Under the pieces are notes generated by a model that was not told the origin of the DNA, did no database searches, and was given only the letters and a program-made list of their open reading frames with translations. DNA of 64,000 nt, from IMG/VR virus record IMGVR_UViG_3300037307_000721, one strand, 5' to 3'. Every line of letters begins with the position of its first letter. The stretch's first letter is position 1. Origin of the DNA: a virus. Below are positions 35,176-44,906 of this stretch, piece by piece. The position numbers and the translations under genes are program-made.

Positions 35176-35540
35176 ACGGACTCGACCCCGAGCTCGCCGC
35201 CTTCCTGCGCTTCGAGCACTATCAGAAGTACGAGGCGCTCGCCCAGAAGCTGGGCATCGAGAAGCTCAAGACCGCGGTCATGTTCGCCCTGGGCCTGTGC
35301 TGCCACGCCGACCCAGTGGCGTACTTGCGCGAGCAGCTGCGCCTGGACCGTGCGCTCAACCGCATTCCGCTCCGCCAGTGGGACGCGCAGGAACCCAGGG
35401 TGCGAGCGCTTCTCCGCCGTGCCGGCGGGGGAGTCATGTCGTCCTGCGAATCCGTCTGCGTGCTCAAGCACGTGGCCACGCATCACGTCGTCGGAGAGTC
35501 GGCCCCGGAGCCGGCGCCCGACCCAAGGAGAAAACCATGA
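35172..35540 (+). CDS. Hypothetical phage protein (LN.IPLRQWD...SESVCVLKHVA)
   Basis: ATGA coupling. Confidence 0.75.
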   Translation: MNGLDPELAAFLRFEHYQKYEALAQKLGIEKLKTAVMFALGLCCHADPVAYLREQLRLDRALNRIPLRQWDAQEPRVRALLRRAGGGVMSSCESVCVLKHVATHHVVGESAPEPAPDPRRKP

Positions 35541-35785
35541 AGACGCCCGAGGAACTCAGCCGCGAGGAGCTCGTCCAGATCGTCGGCGGTGTCCAGCAGG
35601 TGCTGTGGCTGGACCACGTCGAGGGCCAGGGGTTCTGCTTCGTCCCCGACAAGGAGTGGGAGTCCGACACCATCGAGCACGTCGCTCAAGTGCTGGCCGA
35701 CCACGACCTGCGGCCGAGCGGCACCACGCCGTTCGAGAACCAGCCCGAGGCCGACCGCGAGGTCGACCCCTCGGATGTGGGCTGA
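35537..35785 (+). CDS. Hypothetical protein
   Basis: RBS AAGGAG. Confidence 0.75.
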   Translation: MKTPEELSREELVQIVGGVQQVLWLDHVEGQGFCFVPDKEWESDTIEHVAQVLADHDLRPSGTTPFENQPEADREVDPSDVG

Positions 35786-35897
35786 CCTCCTCGCGCTGCT
35801 CGTCGCCTGCGTCGTCTTCGCCTGCTACGCGACGGTGATCGAGATGTACGCCGACTGGTGGCGCGAGAAGCACCCGAAGAAGGAGCGAGAACCATGA
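35775..35897 (+). CDS. Small single-TM protein
   Basis: Hydrophobic N-terminus; ATGA coupling. Confidence 0.55.
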   Translation: MWADLLALLVACVVFACYATVIEMYADWWREKHPKKEREP

Positions 35898-36274
35898 TCG
35901 TCGTCGTGGCCGTGATGGGCGAGTGCTGCACCCGTCCACACCTCAAGGTCGTCGAAGTGCCGAACAGCGGCCCGGACCGCGCCGTCACCATCGCCAAGCG
36001 CTACCTCGAGTTCGCCGACGAGGGCTGGGAGCCGAACGATGCCATCGTCGTCCCGGATGGCGAGATGGAACCGCCCGACTACACCGTCCCCGAGAACGAG
36101 CTCATCGGCTGGGGTCTGGAGCCGGGCGACGAGGTGAAGTGGAACGACCCGGACGAGGGCCGATGCAGCCGCATCCTCAAGGTCAAGAGCGTGGAATTTC
36201 TCGGCGAGAGCGCCATCAGCATCATGGAAGAGGATGGCTCGGTCGTCGAGTGCTACGCACGGGAGCTCGCATGA
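35894..36274 (+). CDS. Hypothetical protein
   Basis: RBS AAGGAG. Confidence 0.75.
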   Translation: MIVVVAVMGECCTRPHLKVVEVPNSGPDRAVTIAKRYLEFADEGWEPNDAIVVPDGEMEPPDYTVPENELIGWGLEPGDEVKWNDPDEGRCSRILKVKSVEFLGESAISIMEEDGSVVECYARELA

Positions 36275-36429
36275 AGGTCAAGTGCCAAAACTGCGGATGG
36301 ACTGGCCCGCAGGCCAAGTGCAAGGAGATCAAACATCTCACCCAGCGCGTGGCGGTGGGCGAGCCAATGCCCGCCGGTGAGTGCCCGAAGTGTGGCGCGC
36401 TCTGCCACCCGGTGGAGAAAGAGCGGTAA
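36271..36429 (+). CDS. Small Zn-ribbon protein (CQNCGW...PAGECPKCGAL)
   Basis: CxxC pairs. Confidence 0.75.
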   Translation: MKVKCQNCGWTGPQAKCKEIKHLTQRVAVGEPMPAGECPKCGALCHPVEKER

Positions 36430-36432
36430 GCC

Positions 36433-36963
36433 GTGAGCGTGAAGGTGTGGGCCCTCCTGGTGGGGCCCGAGGACGTGACGACGCGGGACGGCAAGACCGT
36501 GGGCAAGACGCCCGAGGTCGAGCGCGACATGGCGCACGCCGACATGGTCGTGTTCCTGGTGAACGACGACGTGGTCACCTGGGTCAAGAAGCCGAAGATG
36601 CCCAAGCCCGAGCCCGTTGCCAAGGCCGTGGCCACGCAACGCTTCGCCGAGCTCGAGACCACGATCGAAGAGGAGCCGAGGAAGGCACCCGCTCCGGTAC
36701 CGGTGACGCAGGCCAAGCCGGTCGTCACGCAGAGCCAGCCCGCGACCGCACCGACCTGGCGTCGCTTCGAGTGCGTCCGCGGGACCTCGAACAAGTTCTG
36801 GGAGATCACTCTCCAGGGCTCGAAGTACACAACGCGCTGGGGCCGCATCGGGACCGACGGCTCCGTCACGGTCAAGGAGTGGGGCTCGGACTACGAGGCC
36901 CGCTGCGAGTACCGGAAGATCATCGACTCCAAGCTGGCCAAGGGATACCGGGAGATCCGGTAG
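36433..36963 (+). CDS. WGR-domain protein
   Basis: SNKFWEI...TRWGRIGT.G...KLAKGY. Confidence 0.88.
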   Translation: MSVKVWALLVGPEDVTTRDGKTVGKTPEVERDMAHADMVVFLVNDDVVTWVKKPKMPKPEPVAKAVATQRFAELETTIEEEPRKAPAPVPVTQAKPVVTQSQPATAPTWRRFECVRGTSNKFWEITLQGSKYTTRWGRIGTDGSVTVKEWGSDYEARCEYRKIIDSKLAKGYREIR

Positions 36964-36977
36964 AAAGGACAAGCACG

Positions 36978-37220
36978 ATGGACGAGACCGAGGGAACGCG
37001 CAGGGTCATGCAAGCCGTGGTCAACGCCGACGCCGAGGAGCGCAAGGCGACCGAGGAGAAGTACGGACAGGTCTGGGACACGCAGGAGCTCGGACGCGAC
37101 TTCGAGGTGCTCGGCTTCGCCGCGCCCTTCGTGGTGGTCAAGCGCAAGGCGGATGGGGTGAAGGGCTCGCTCATGTTCCAGCACAGCCCGCGCTACTACT
37201 TCAGCTTCACGCCGGCCTAG
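36978..37220 (+). CDS. Conserved small phage protein (FEVLGFAAPFVVVKRK.DG.KGSL.FQHSPR)
   Basis: RBS AAAGGA. Confidence 0.8.
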   Translation: MDETEGTRRVMQAVVNADAEERKATEEKYGQVWDTQELGRDFEVLGFAAPFVVVKRKADGVKGSLMFQHSPRYYFSFTPA

Positions 37221-37222
37221 CC

Positions 37223-37462
37223 ATGGCCGGACGCGACAAGACCGCCGGCGAGAGCCGGCTCAAGAAGGTCCTTGCCCTGCTCAACGGCGCATTCGTCATC
37301 CTGGCTGAGCCGGCGAACGAAGAGGGCGAGGAGTGGATCGGGCTCAGCTTCATGCTCAAGACCGGCGAGGAAGTCTCCTTCGTCGTGGCACGCGACGATG
37401 AGAGCAACGGCCCGGGCGCGCTGCTCGGGCTGTGGGACTTCGCCAGAAAGCACGGGATCTGA
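37223..37462 (+). CDS. Small phage protein (RDDE.NGPGAL)
   Basis: Codon bias. Confidence 0.75.
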   Translation: MAGRDKTAGESRLKKVLALLNGAFVILAEPANEEGEEWIGLSFMLKTGEEVSFVVARDDESNGPGALLGLWDFARKHGI

Positions 37463-38247
37463 TGACGCAGCTCTGGGACCTGACCGGTGAGAAGAAGCTC
37501 ATCGGGGACTCGGACGAAGGCATCGAGCTCGTCGACGACGGGACCAAGGTGTCGGAGAACGGCTTCCCGCTCGACCTGTCCTCGCTCATCCAGCGCTTTC
37601 GCGACAAGGAGGACAAGCTCGAGGACGAGGTGCAGTTCTTCTCGCGAAACACCGAGCTCGTGGCCAGCCCGAAGGGCTTGGTCGAAGTCCCTCGGCGCCG
37701 GACCAAGCGCTACGAGAAGCTCGGTAGGGCACCGGTGGTCGGTCTGAAAGAGGGCGTCGACCTCGAGAAGATTCCGCACCGCGAGTGCACGCCGCGGGTC
37801 AAGGCCGAGAAGATGATGAGCCCGGAGAGCCGGCTCAAGCGAAGAGAGCAGGGACTCGAGCCTGGTCCGGAGCTCGAAGAGGACGGTCCCTACAACGCGC
37901 TGGGCGTGCCCTACGACATGCTCAAGGACCAGGACGAGCCGCCCTCGCCACCGCCCGAGCCAGAGTACGAGATCACCGCGGACTGCGGATGGCTCTCGCC
38001 GGACGGCAAGTTCTACCGCTGCGCCTACATGGAGCACATCTCGCTGGCCATCCGGCTGGGCATGGACGAGGTGCGCCTCGAGAAGCTCGGCTGGGTCAAG
38101 GTGCAAGAGAACAAGTTCTGGGGCGACCTACTCTGCGAGGGCGGCGAGCGCGCCAAGGTCACGCAGAAGCAGCGCGACCTGGTCTTCGACTATTGCACCA
38201 AGAATGGCCTCCAGCTCCCAAGCTGGATGGCTCCCGAGGAGGACTGA
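37462..38247 (+). CDS. Hypothetical protein, C-terminal GWLSPDGKFY..EH domain
   Basis: TGATG coupling. Confidence 0.75.
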   Translation: MTQLWDLTGEKKLIGDSDEGIELVDDGTKVSENGFPLDLSSLIQRFRDKEDKLEDEVQFFSRNTELVASPKGLVEVPRRRTKRYEKLGRAPVVGLKEGVDLEKIPHRECTPRVKAEKMMSPESRLKRREQGLEPGPELEEDGPYNALGVPYDMLKDQDEPPSPPPEPEYEITADCGWLSPDGKFYRCAYMEHISLAIRLGMDEVRLEKLGWVKVQENKFWGDLLCEGGERAKVTQKQRDLVFDYCTKNGLQLPSWMAPEED

Positions 38248-38249
38248 TC

Positions 38250-38927
38250 ATGGGCGAGCGCTACAATCCACTGGCCGAGGGCCACGTCGAGCCCGCCGGC
38301 AAGGACGCGAAGGGCCGCCAGACCTGGACGCTGACGGTGGAAGGCCTTCGCCAGCAGGCCATGGTTGAGGACGAGCTCCGCAACCTGGGCTATGTGCAGA
38401 ACGAGGCCGGCCTGTGGGTGCACGACCCGCAAGCTCGCGAGGAGCTCGGCCTCGAGGCGCTTGCCATGGAGGAGTACGAGCGGCTGCTCGGCAAGACCGT
38501 GCGCGTGAACCAGTTGCTTGGCTACACGAACCGCGACTTCTCCGAGGAGAAATCCGGGGACTTCGTGGTGCGCATCGACGCAACGCCACGCAGCGACGTC
38601 TTGCGCTGGGTCGACGACTGGCTCGACCCGGTCTACAACGTGACCGTCCTCGAGGCCAACGGCCTGCCCGGCCGAAGCCCGCTGCGCAGCTGTTGGATCT
38701 ACGGCAAGTCGTACCACCGAGGCGTGGCGCACGAGACTCAGCCGGGGTCGATCGCGGAAGAGATCTGTCAGCACGAGCCGGACATCGACACGCTGGCTTT
38801 GCCGCACGACCTGCACCCCGAGACGCACGATGGGCGCATCGAGTTCGTCATCGACGTGGTGTGCTCGAAGTGCGGCACGTCCGGGTCCTTCGCGGTGACG
38901 GTGAGCCCCGAAGACATCAACTGGTGA
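38250..38927 (+). CDS. Hypothetical multi-domain protein
   Basis: RBS GAGGAGG. Confidence 0.75.
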   Translation: MGERYNPLAEGHVEPAGKDAKGRQTWTLTVEGLRQQAMVEDELRNLGYVQNEAGLWVHDPQAREELGLEALAMEEYERLLGKTVRVNQLLGYTNRDFSEEKSGDFVVRIDATPRSDVLRWVDDWLDPVYNVTVLEANGLPGRSPLRSCWIYGKSYHRGVAHETQPGSIAEEICQHEPDIDTLALPHDLHPETHDGRIEFVIDVVCSKCGTSGSFAVTVSPEDINW

Positions 38928-38940
38928 GGTTTCCTCACAC

Positions 38941-39315
38941 GTGACGAAGATCTCAACCACCCAAGAGAAGCGCGTCGGCCAGCTGCGCAAGTCCTTCCTC
39001 GAGTTCCATCGGGCGAACCCGTGGGTCTACGAGCGGCTCGTCGAGCTCTGCTTTGAGCTCAAGAGCAAGGGCTTCAAGAAGTACTCGATGCGGACACTGG
39101 TCGCGGTGCTTCGCTTCGAATGGGACCTCAAGACCGGTGGCCAGACCGTGATCCTGGCGAGCGGCGAGCCCCGTCGCGTGAAGCTGAACGACCACCACAC
39201 GGCCTACTATGCCCGCTACTTCGTGGCGCAGTACCCGGAGTTCCGGGACTTCTTCGAGTTCCGGACTGCCGAAGGAGATGAGGACTTCTCCTTCATGAAT
39301 GAGATGGAGCCATGA
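38941..39315 (+). CDS. Conserved phage protein (FH..NP.VY...LRFEW...KLNDHH.AYYAR)
   Basis: GTG start after GAGGT; small hairpin 38926-38940. Confidence 0.75.
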   Translation: MTKISTTQEKRVGQLRKSFLEFHRANPWVYERLVELCFELKSKGFKKYSMRTLVAVLRFEWDLKTGGQTVILASGEPRRVKLNDHHTAYYARYFVAQYPEFRDFFEFRTAEGDEDFSFMNEMEP

Positions 39316-39836
39316 CCAAGCTGCTCAAGCACTTCATCCTCCGCGTCTGGACCGACGGCGGAGAGCACTACCAGGCGCCCGACTACTTCCGGGTGTCGCT
39401 GTCCGCCGAGGACCTCGAGCGGTACCTCGGCATCTACGGCATCGTCCTCGAGCTCGAGGAGCGCATGAAGGGCGAGCCCAGGGACAAGCTGCTCGACTTC
39501 CACTTCCTCGCCTGCTGGGACTACCGGGCAAGCTTCTTCGGCCGGCCCGACGTGAACGAGCAGGACCAGGAGCGGCTCGAGGCCCTGCTCGACCACGCCG
39601 ACAACGAGGAGTGCGTGGAGATCTCCGGCGACGACGCGCTCTTCATCGACAGCCTGATGGAGGACCACGAGGGCTTCGAGGAGGGCGGCTTCCAGCGCAT
39701 GGACTACGTCTACGCTCGCTTCGACAAGGACGGTCTGCACTGGGAGGGATGCGTCAAGCACTGCGACTACCAGGTCTCGACGGCCCGCCTGCCCTGGAAG
39801 GCACTCGGTGTCGAGGGAGAGCCGGTGAAGGAATGA
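39312..39836 (+). CDS. Acidic hypothetical protein
   Basis: ATGA coupling. Confidence 0.75.
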   Translation: MTKLLKHFILRVWTDGGEHYQAPDYFRVSLSAEDLERYLGIYGIVLELEERMKGEPRDKLLDFHFLACWDYRASFFGRPDVNEQDQERLEALLDHADNEECVEISGDDALFIDSLMEDHEGFEEGGFQRMDYVYARFDKDGLHWEGCVKHCDYQVSTARLPWKALGVEGEPVKE

Positions 39837-40138
39837 AGACCGTCGTCCAGCTCGAGGCCTCGACGTCCTACTACGAAGGCGACGACGGCACCTTCGATCG
39901 CCCGGCGGCGCTCTTCGAGTGGCCCGAGCCGCTCGACTATCCACCGCTCCAGCCGCGAATGACCCTGCGGCTCGGCGGCGAGGCGAGCTACCACGCGGCC
40001 AAGGCCATCGTCGAGCCCGACGGCTCGCAGAGCATCCTGTGCCGGTGCAATCTGGGGTACAACCGGTACCGGTCGGTGGCCATCCCGGCCATGCAGAAGA
40101 AGGGGTGGAAGCTCATCCGCGAGTACGAGGAACGATGA
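39833..40138 (+). CDS. Hypothetical protein
   Basis: ATGA coupling. Confidence 0.7.
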   Translation: MKTVVQLEASTSYYEGDDGTFDRPAALFEWPEPLDYPPLQPRMTLRLGGEASYHAAKAIVEPDGSQSILCRCNLGYNRYRSVAIPAMQKKGWKLIREYEER

Positions 40139-40455
40139 ACGACCTGCTCGACAACCGACCGCGTCGGATCGTCAAGCTCGCAGCCGGCCTGGTCAAGTCC
40201 AACGTGCCCAAGTACTGGCTCGAGTGGGACGAGAAGGGCATCTGGGAGCTCAAGGCCAAGGAGCTCCTCGAGGACACCGCCGAGGCAGTGCGAGAGAAGG
40301 GCCTGACGCCGGAGCAGGTGGACAAAGAGCTCGCCGAGTACCTGGGCTACCTGGCGCTCACAGCTGCCCTCGCCGTGGCGAAGAAGGAGAAGGCCAATGC
40401 ACTGGCCGCGCGTCAAGTACGAGCTGACCGACGAGGACGTCGAGCTCGCCGATGA
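40135..40455 (+). CDS. Hypothetical protein
   Basis: RBS GAGGA. Confidence 0.65.
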   Translation: MNDLLDNRPRRIVKLAAGLVKSNVPKYWLEWDEKGIWELKAKELLEDTAEAVREKGLTPEQVDKELAEYLGYLALTAALAVAKKEKANALAARQVRADRRGRRARR

Positions 40456-40819
40456 CATCGCCCACGAGGCACGCAGCCTGTACGAGGTCATCGTGCAGGT
40501 GCTCGCCAAGTGCGGCTGGCATCAGGACTTCGCCACCCAGGAGTGGCGCGTCGAGCAGCGCCGCGAGGGCGAGTTCGGCGAGGAGCTCCGACGGCCGATC
40601 GCGATCTCGCACCATGCCCTCGAGTACATGGGCAGAGGTCCGGTGGACCGGGTGTGCGAGCAACTGAGCAACATCCGCGCCGGGCGCGAGGCGGCCATCG
40701 TCGGCCACGCCTGGCTGCTTCTGCCAAGCATCATCAAGGAAGGCAAGTCGAGATCGGCATGGGACATGGCCCTCGAGATCTCGCGGCTTCTGAACACACC
40801 GAGGAGAAATCGACCATGA
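40397..40819 (+). CDS. Hypothetical protein
   Basis: RBS AGGAG. Confidence 0.7.
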   Translation: MHWPRVKYELTDEDVELADDIAHEARSLYEVIVQVLAKCGWHQDFATQEWRVEQRREGEFGEELRRPIAISHHALEYMGRGPVDRVCEQLSNIRAGREAAIVGHAWLLLPSIIKEGKSRSAWDMALEISRLLNTPRRNRP

Positions 40820-41487
40820 TCGACCTGTCCTGCCCGCTCTGCGGAGCCGAACCGGGCAAGGCCCAGCTCGCCTGCCCCTGTTGCAAGCGCCCGCTGGACC
40901 CCGAGTGGGAACCGGATCTCGCCATGCTCAGCGTGGAGAAGGTCCACTGCCAGGCATGCCGGGCCACGTTCCCGAGCTACCTCATGGGCTCCGAGGAGCG
41001 CGCCATCGTCGAGGGCGTGCGCAAGGCGCTCAAGGACCAGGACGAGGGACGGAACGCGGGCTGCTGGCCGCTCGTGTCGTTCGGCTGGAAGGATGCTGAC
41101 CTGGATGCCGAGGGCTGCACGGGGATCAAGGCCATCATTGGCGCCAAGGAGGACCGACTCATCCTGGCCATCGGCGGGCACAAGACCTTCGTCGCCTCGG
41201 ACTGCCTCGATACCGACGACGAGGAGAAGCGTGCGGCCTTCGACGAGGCCATGAGAGAGATCGTCTGCTCGACGGGCTACCCCTCGGAGTGGACCGGCGA
41301 CGACTGGTGCTCGTCCTGGTCCGGCTTCGTGGCGCTGCCCATCGTCATGAAGGACGGCAAGCCGGACTTCGAGGCCACCGCGACGCGCATCATCTCCGAC
41401 TCCGAGCAAGCCTGCCGGGCCTTCGAGGAGGCCATGGCGCACGCCAGCGAGGCGGCGAATGAGCTCTACGAGGAGATGAGCAAGTAG
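40816..41487 (+). CDS. Hypothetical protein with N-terminal Zn ribbons
   Basis: RBS GAGGAG; three CxxC. Confidence 0.8.
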   Translation: MIDLSCPLCGAEPGKAQLACPCCKRPLDPEWEPDLAMLSVEKVHCQACRATFPSYLMGSEERAIVEGVRKALKDQDEGRNAGCWPLVSFGWKDADLDAEGCTGIKAIIGAKEDRLILAIGGHKTFVASDCLDTDDEEKRAAFDEAMREIVCSTGYPSEWTGDDWCSSWSGFVALPIVMKDGKPDFEATATRIISDSEQACRAFEEAMAHASEAANELYEEMSK

Positions 41488-41516
41488 TATGATCGGCCTC
41501 GACAAGGAGGCTCATC

Positions 41517-41912
41517 ATGCTTTGGTGGCTCATCGGACTCGCGGTGGTTGGCGCACCGCTGACCCTGATACTGCACGAGCTGGCGCACTGCATCACCGTG
41601 TGGATGGCGCACGGGTGGATCACGAGCTTCAAGCCGTGGCCGCACAAGGTCGATGGACGATTCTACTTCGGCCGAATGACCTACTCGGGCTGCGCGCCCA
41701 ACGAGCGGGCGTTCACGATCGCACCGCTTCTCAAGGCGATCTCGCTGGCCGGCCTATGGACGATTCTGGGCCTGATCTTCTGGCCCCTGTTCGTCCTGAC
41801 CGGCTGGGAGCTCACGGACATCATCAACTGGGTGCAGGGCTACATCCGTAGCAGCCCCAACGACGGCGGGCGCTTCCGCCGCGCAGGAGCTGCCAGCCCT
41901 CGGATTGCATGA
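41517..41912 (+). CDS. Small membrane zinc metalloprotease, M50/site-2-protease-like
   Basis: HELAH in TM helix, IAP motif, C-terminal P-N-D-G; RBS GGAGG. Confidence 0.7.
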   Translation: MLWWLIGLAVVGAPLTLILHELAHCITVWMAHGWITSFKPWPHKVDGRFYFGRMTYSGCAPNERAFTIAPLLKAISLAGLWTILGLIFWPLFVLTGWELTDIINWVQGYIRSSPNDGGRFRRAGAASPRIA

Positions 41913-43126
41913 CCAAGACACCGATCATCAAGCTCATCAAGATCCCAGAGCTCAGCTACCCATGGACGGGCGAAAGCTTGCGCCTCATCCGGTTCCCGGA
42001 TGCGCGCCCACTCCGAGAGAAGCCGCTCGACCGCTTCTTCCGGCTGCAAGGCTTCCTCATGTGGGCGGCGAACAAGGCCGACGACCCGCGCGACCGCTCG
42101 GTCTACAGCCAGCTCTGGAGCCTGGCCCGGGACGCTCGCATCTTCGAGATCCCGTCCGAGCTCTACATGGCCCTCTACACGCAGGCCGAACGGCACACGT
42201 GCCGGCTGTTCTGCGGGCAGCCTGATCTGCCGGACAAGTCCTCTCGCGAGGACATCCAGATGTACAGCGACAAGCTGGCCTCGCTCTCGATGGGCATGAA
42301 CCTGCCGGAGCAGCTGCCATTCCAGATCTTCTACTTCGGCTACACCGTGCCCATGGTCGTGCCGCAGGCACTCGAGATGGTCTACCACCTCGACACGGCC
42401 GAGCGAAAGCCGTACACTCGCGAGAATGACGAGCCCGCACTTCTGTGCGGCCACCTCTTCATCCCGGGCGGCGAGGTCTGGGGCCTGTTCGTCTCGATCA
42501 AGCTGAAGGACCTCGAGGACAAGGGCAGCTACTCGGTCACGCCGCAGCTCATGAACCATCGCTGGTACCACCCGGTGTCCATGCAACCCTGGGTGTTGCC
42601 AGCCCTCGTCGAGTGGATCAACGAACACAAGACCGTGGTCGAGGAGGTGCGTGGACGATTCAGCCACCGGCGAACGACACAGAAGTTTGCCAAGCAGATG
42701 AAGGTGCCCAAGCTGGCGCCGCCTCCGTACTACGCGGTCTACCTGAAGAACCTGGTCATCGAGGAGACGGCGAAGCAGGCCATGGCCTCGGCGGTCAGGA
42801 AACACATCGACTGGCAACACCGGTGGACGGTGCGAGGGCACTTCATGGTTCGCGTCAAGCGCGGCCCACTGCCACTCGATCCGAAACTCGAGGCCGAGCT
42901 GCGCAAGCGCAAGTACCGCATCTACACCCTGGAGAAGCTCGACGCCGAGACCTCGGCAATGCTCCAGTCACGCGGCGTCAAGAACAAGTCGCTCACCGAG
43001 TGGATGGCCGTGCTCGTGTCCTGGCGCAAGGATCACGTCAAGGGACCCGAGGACAAGCCGCTCATCCCCTCGGTGCGAAAGGTCAAGGAAGGCGAATGCA
43101 CCGGACCAAGAATGGACGAGCCGTAG
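41909..43126 (+). CDS. Conserved phage protein (HRW.VRGH...W..DH.KGP)
   Basis: C-terminal motif, codon bias. Confidence 0.8.
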   Translation: MTKTPIIKLIKIPELSYPWTGESLRLIRFPDARPLREKPLDRFFRLQGFLMWAANKADDPRDRSVYSQLWSLARDARIFEIPSELYMALYTQAERHTCRLFCGQPDLPDKSSREDIQMYSDKLASLSMGMNLPEQLPFQIFYFGYTVPMVVPQALEMVYHLDTAERKPYTRENDEPALLCGHLFIPGGEVWGLFVSIKLKDLEDKGSYSVTPQLMNHRWYHPVSMQPWVLPALVEWINEHKTVVEEVRGRFSHRRTTQKFAKQMKVPKLAPPPYYAVYLKNLVIEETAKQAMASAVRKHIDWQHRWTVRGHFMVRVKRGPLPLDPKLEAELRKRKYRIYTLEKLDAETSAMLQSRGVKNKSLTEWMAVLVSWRKDHVKGPEDKPLIPSVRKVKEGECTGPRMDEP

Positions 43127-43671
43127 TCCGCATCCAGGGCCACGGGCGCATGCAGGCAACTCCCTACCTGCGCAAGTGGTTCCCAAGACTGCCGCAGGTG
43201 GAGCCCGACCTGCGCCTGGCGGTGGACCTCGGCTGCGGCAACGGGCGCAACTCGGAGTACCTCAGAGCGCGCGGCTACGACGTGCACTCCTACGACCTGG
43301 AGCCGGACTACGCCCACGCGCAGCCCTGGAGGGCCGGCCAGCGCCTGCCCTACTCGAACGAGTTCGTGAGCCTGGTCCTCTGCCAGTACGTGCTCATGTT
43401 CCTCACGGATGTTGAGATCGCCTGCACGCTGAACGAGCTCAATCGCATCGTGCGCCCCGAGGGGCACATCATCATCGAGCTCCAGAGCGGTGTCTGCGCG
43501 AGTAGGACCGTCAACCTCGACCGAGTGCTGGGCTACCTCGCCGGCGCCGGGGCATGGAATCAGAACGGGTGCGAGTGGGCCACGGTGCACTTCGCGAAGG
43601 AGTGCTGCATCCTCGAAAAAAGGAGCCTGATTCAAGACGGGATAGACTTGATCGTGTCCGATCGCGTATAA
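43096..43671 (+). CDS. Class I SAM-dependent methyltransferase
   Basis: AVDLGCGNGRNS motif I, SYD, LCQYVLMFL, V.PEG. Confidence 0.85.
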   Translation: MHRTKNGRAVVRIQGHGRMQATPYLRKWFPRLPQVEPDLRLAVDLGCGNGRNSEYLRARGYDVHSYDLEPDYAHAQPWRAGQRLPYSNEFVSLVLCQYVLMFLTDVEIACTLNELNRIVRPEGHIIIELQSGVCASRTVNLDRVLGYLAGAGAWNQNGCEWATVHFAKECCILEKRSLIQDGIDLIVSDRV

Positions 43672-43672
43672 T
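43643..43672 (+). promoter_or_regulatory. Promoter TAGACT-N18-TATAAT
   Basis: Perfect -10 box containing the upstream stop TAA. Confidence 0.65.
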
Positions 43673-43692
43673 CAGCTCCGGGAGGTACTTCC

Positions 43693-44085
43693 ATGGCCCA
43701 CACCGAAGTGACCGTCACCGAGCTGACCTACAACGGTCGGACGATTGGTGTTGCAACTACCACGATCAGCCGTCTGGGGCAAGATTCACCGGACGAAGAC
43801 GACCAGGTTGCCGTGCAGGTCGAGCTGGCTCTACCGGAGGCGAGCGAGAACGCGCCGCAGACGCTGCACCCCGAGCTCCAGTTCGGGGAGCGCGTCGAGG
43901 TGTTCGGCAGCGACTTGACCGCGAACTGGAGCTCCATCTCCGGGCGCGTGGCGCGCACCCAGGACTACAAGGGCACGGACTACACCACGCTCTTCGCGAC
44001 GGCGTCGGCCTACGCCAGCACGGAGCTCGCCAAGCTCACGGATGCGCTCGCCGCACGGGAGGCCGCCCTTGTTGCAGCAGGTTGA
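43693..44085 (+). CDS. Acidic Thr-rich hypothetical protein with its own promoter
   Basis: RBS GGAGGT. Confidence 0.8.
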   Translation: MAHTEVTVTELTYNGRTIGVATTTISRLGQDSPDEDDQVAVQVELALPEASENAPQTLHPELQFGERVEVFGSDLTANWSSISGRVARTQDYKGTDYTTLFATASAYASTELAKLTDALAAREAALVAAG

Positions 44086-44086
44086 C

Positions 44087-44365
44087 ATGGCCGGGGAGCG
44101 CCCCGGCCTCTTCCTGCTCTACGATGGATTCTGGGATCCGGGGGAGGCCGTCAAGCATCGCAATCTGGGGTGCCCGCTCTACGACGAGTGCCTGAACGCT
44201 GCATTGGCCGCCAGCAAGGAAGCGGCCGGCAAGCGGCGGAGCCGGCACTCGTGGAAACTGGAGAACTCGGGACGGACCTGGATATGCGACCCGAAGTGCC
44301 CGCACCGCGGAGCGCGTGATAACTACGCAATCGAGATCCTGAAGAGCTCGCATCGCGACGAGTAG
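44087..44365 (+). CDS. Small Cys-containing protein (RNLGCPLYDECL)
   Basis: Codon bias. Confidence 0.65.
   Translation: MAGERPGLFLLYDGFWDPGEAVKHRNLGCPLYDECLNAALAASKEAAGKRRSRHSWKLENSGRTWICDPKCPHRGARDNYAIEILKSSHRDE
44089..44115 (+). terminator. Possible terminator/attenuator hairpin GGCCGGGG-AGCG-CCCCGGCC
   Basis: 8-bp stem followed by TCTTCCT; weak U-tract, lies within next gene start. Confidence 0.35.
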
Positions 44366-44378
44366 GAAGGGAGCTGGT

Positions 44379-44906
44379 ATGCCGAAGGTCGTGCTGCCAG
44401 AGCGGCAGCGCCTGGCACTGCTCTACCTGCTCGAGCACCCCGACGATGACGTGCTCATCGACGACATCGCTCGAGTCATTCGGGACACCAAGCCGCTAGC
44501 GCGGACCGCCATGCGAGCCCTGGTCGAAAAAGGCCTGGCGCGCGAGACCAAGTTCAAGGGCATGGTGCACAGCTTCCATGCGCCGCACATGAGCCCGCAC
44601 AAGTCCTATCGCCCCACGGCGAAGGCGAAACGCAGTCAGATCGAGACGGCTGCGACCGTCTCGGGAAAGGAACGTACGATGCCAACGAAGGCTCCGCGGC
44701 ACAGGACCGCGGCGAGCAGAAACGCCGCGGTCGAGACCGCGCTCCTGGAGTTCGTGGATGCCATCGAATCCACGGGAGGCGTGATGCGCAACCCAACCTG
44801 GTCCGGACACTTCGTGCCCAAAGCCGACGAGGACTGGATCGACCTGGGCGAAGCGTACATGGGGGCCTGCAAGGCCCTCGACAGAAAGCCGAAGGTGGAA
44901 GCATGA
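44379..44906 (+). CDS. Protein with N-terminal winged-helix-like segment
   Basis: LALLYLLEH..IDDIARVI...MRALVEKGL. Confidence 0.65.
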   Translation: MPKVVLPERQRLALLYLLEHPDDDVLIDDIARVIRDTKPLARTAMRALVEKGLARETKFKGMVHSFHAPHMSPHKSYRPTAKAKRSQIETAATVSGKERTMPTKAPRHRTAASRNAAVETALLEFVDAIESTGGVMRNPTWSGHFVPKADEDWIDLGEAYMGACKALDRKPKVEA

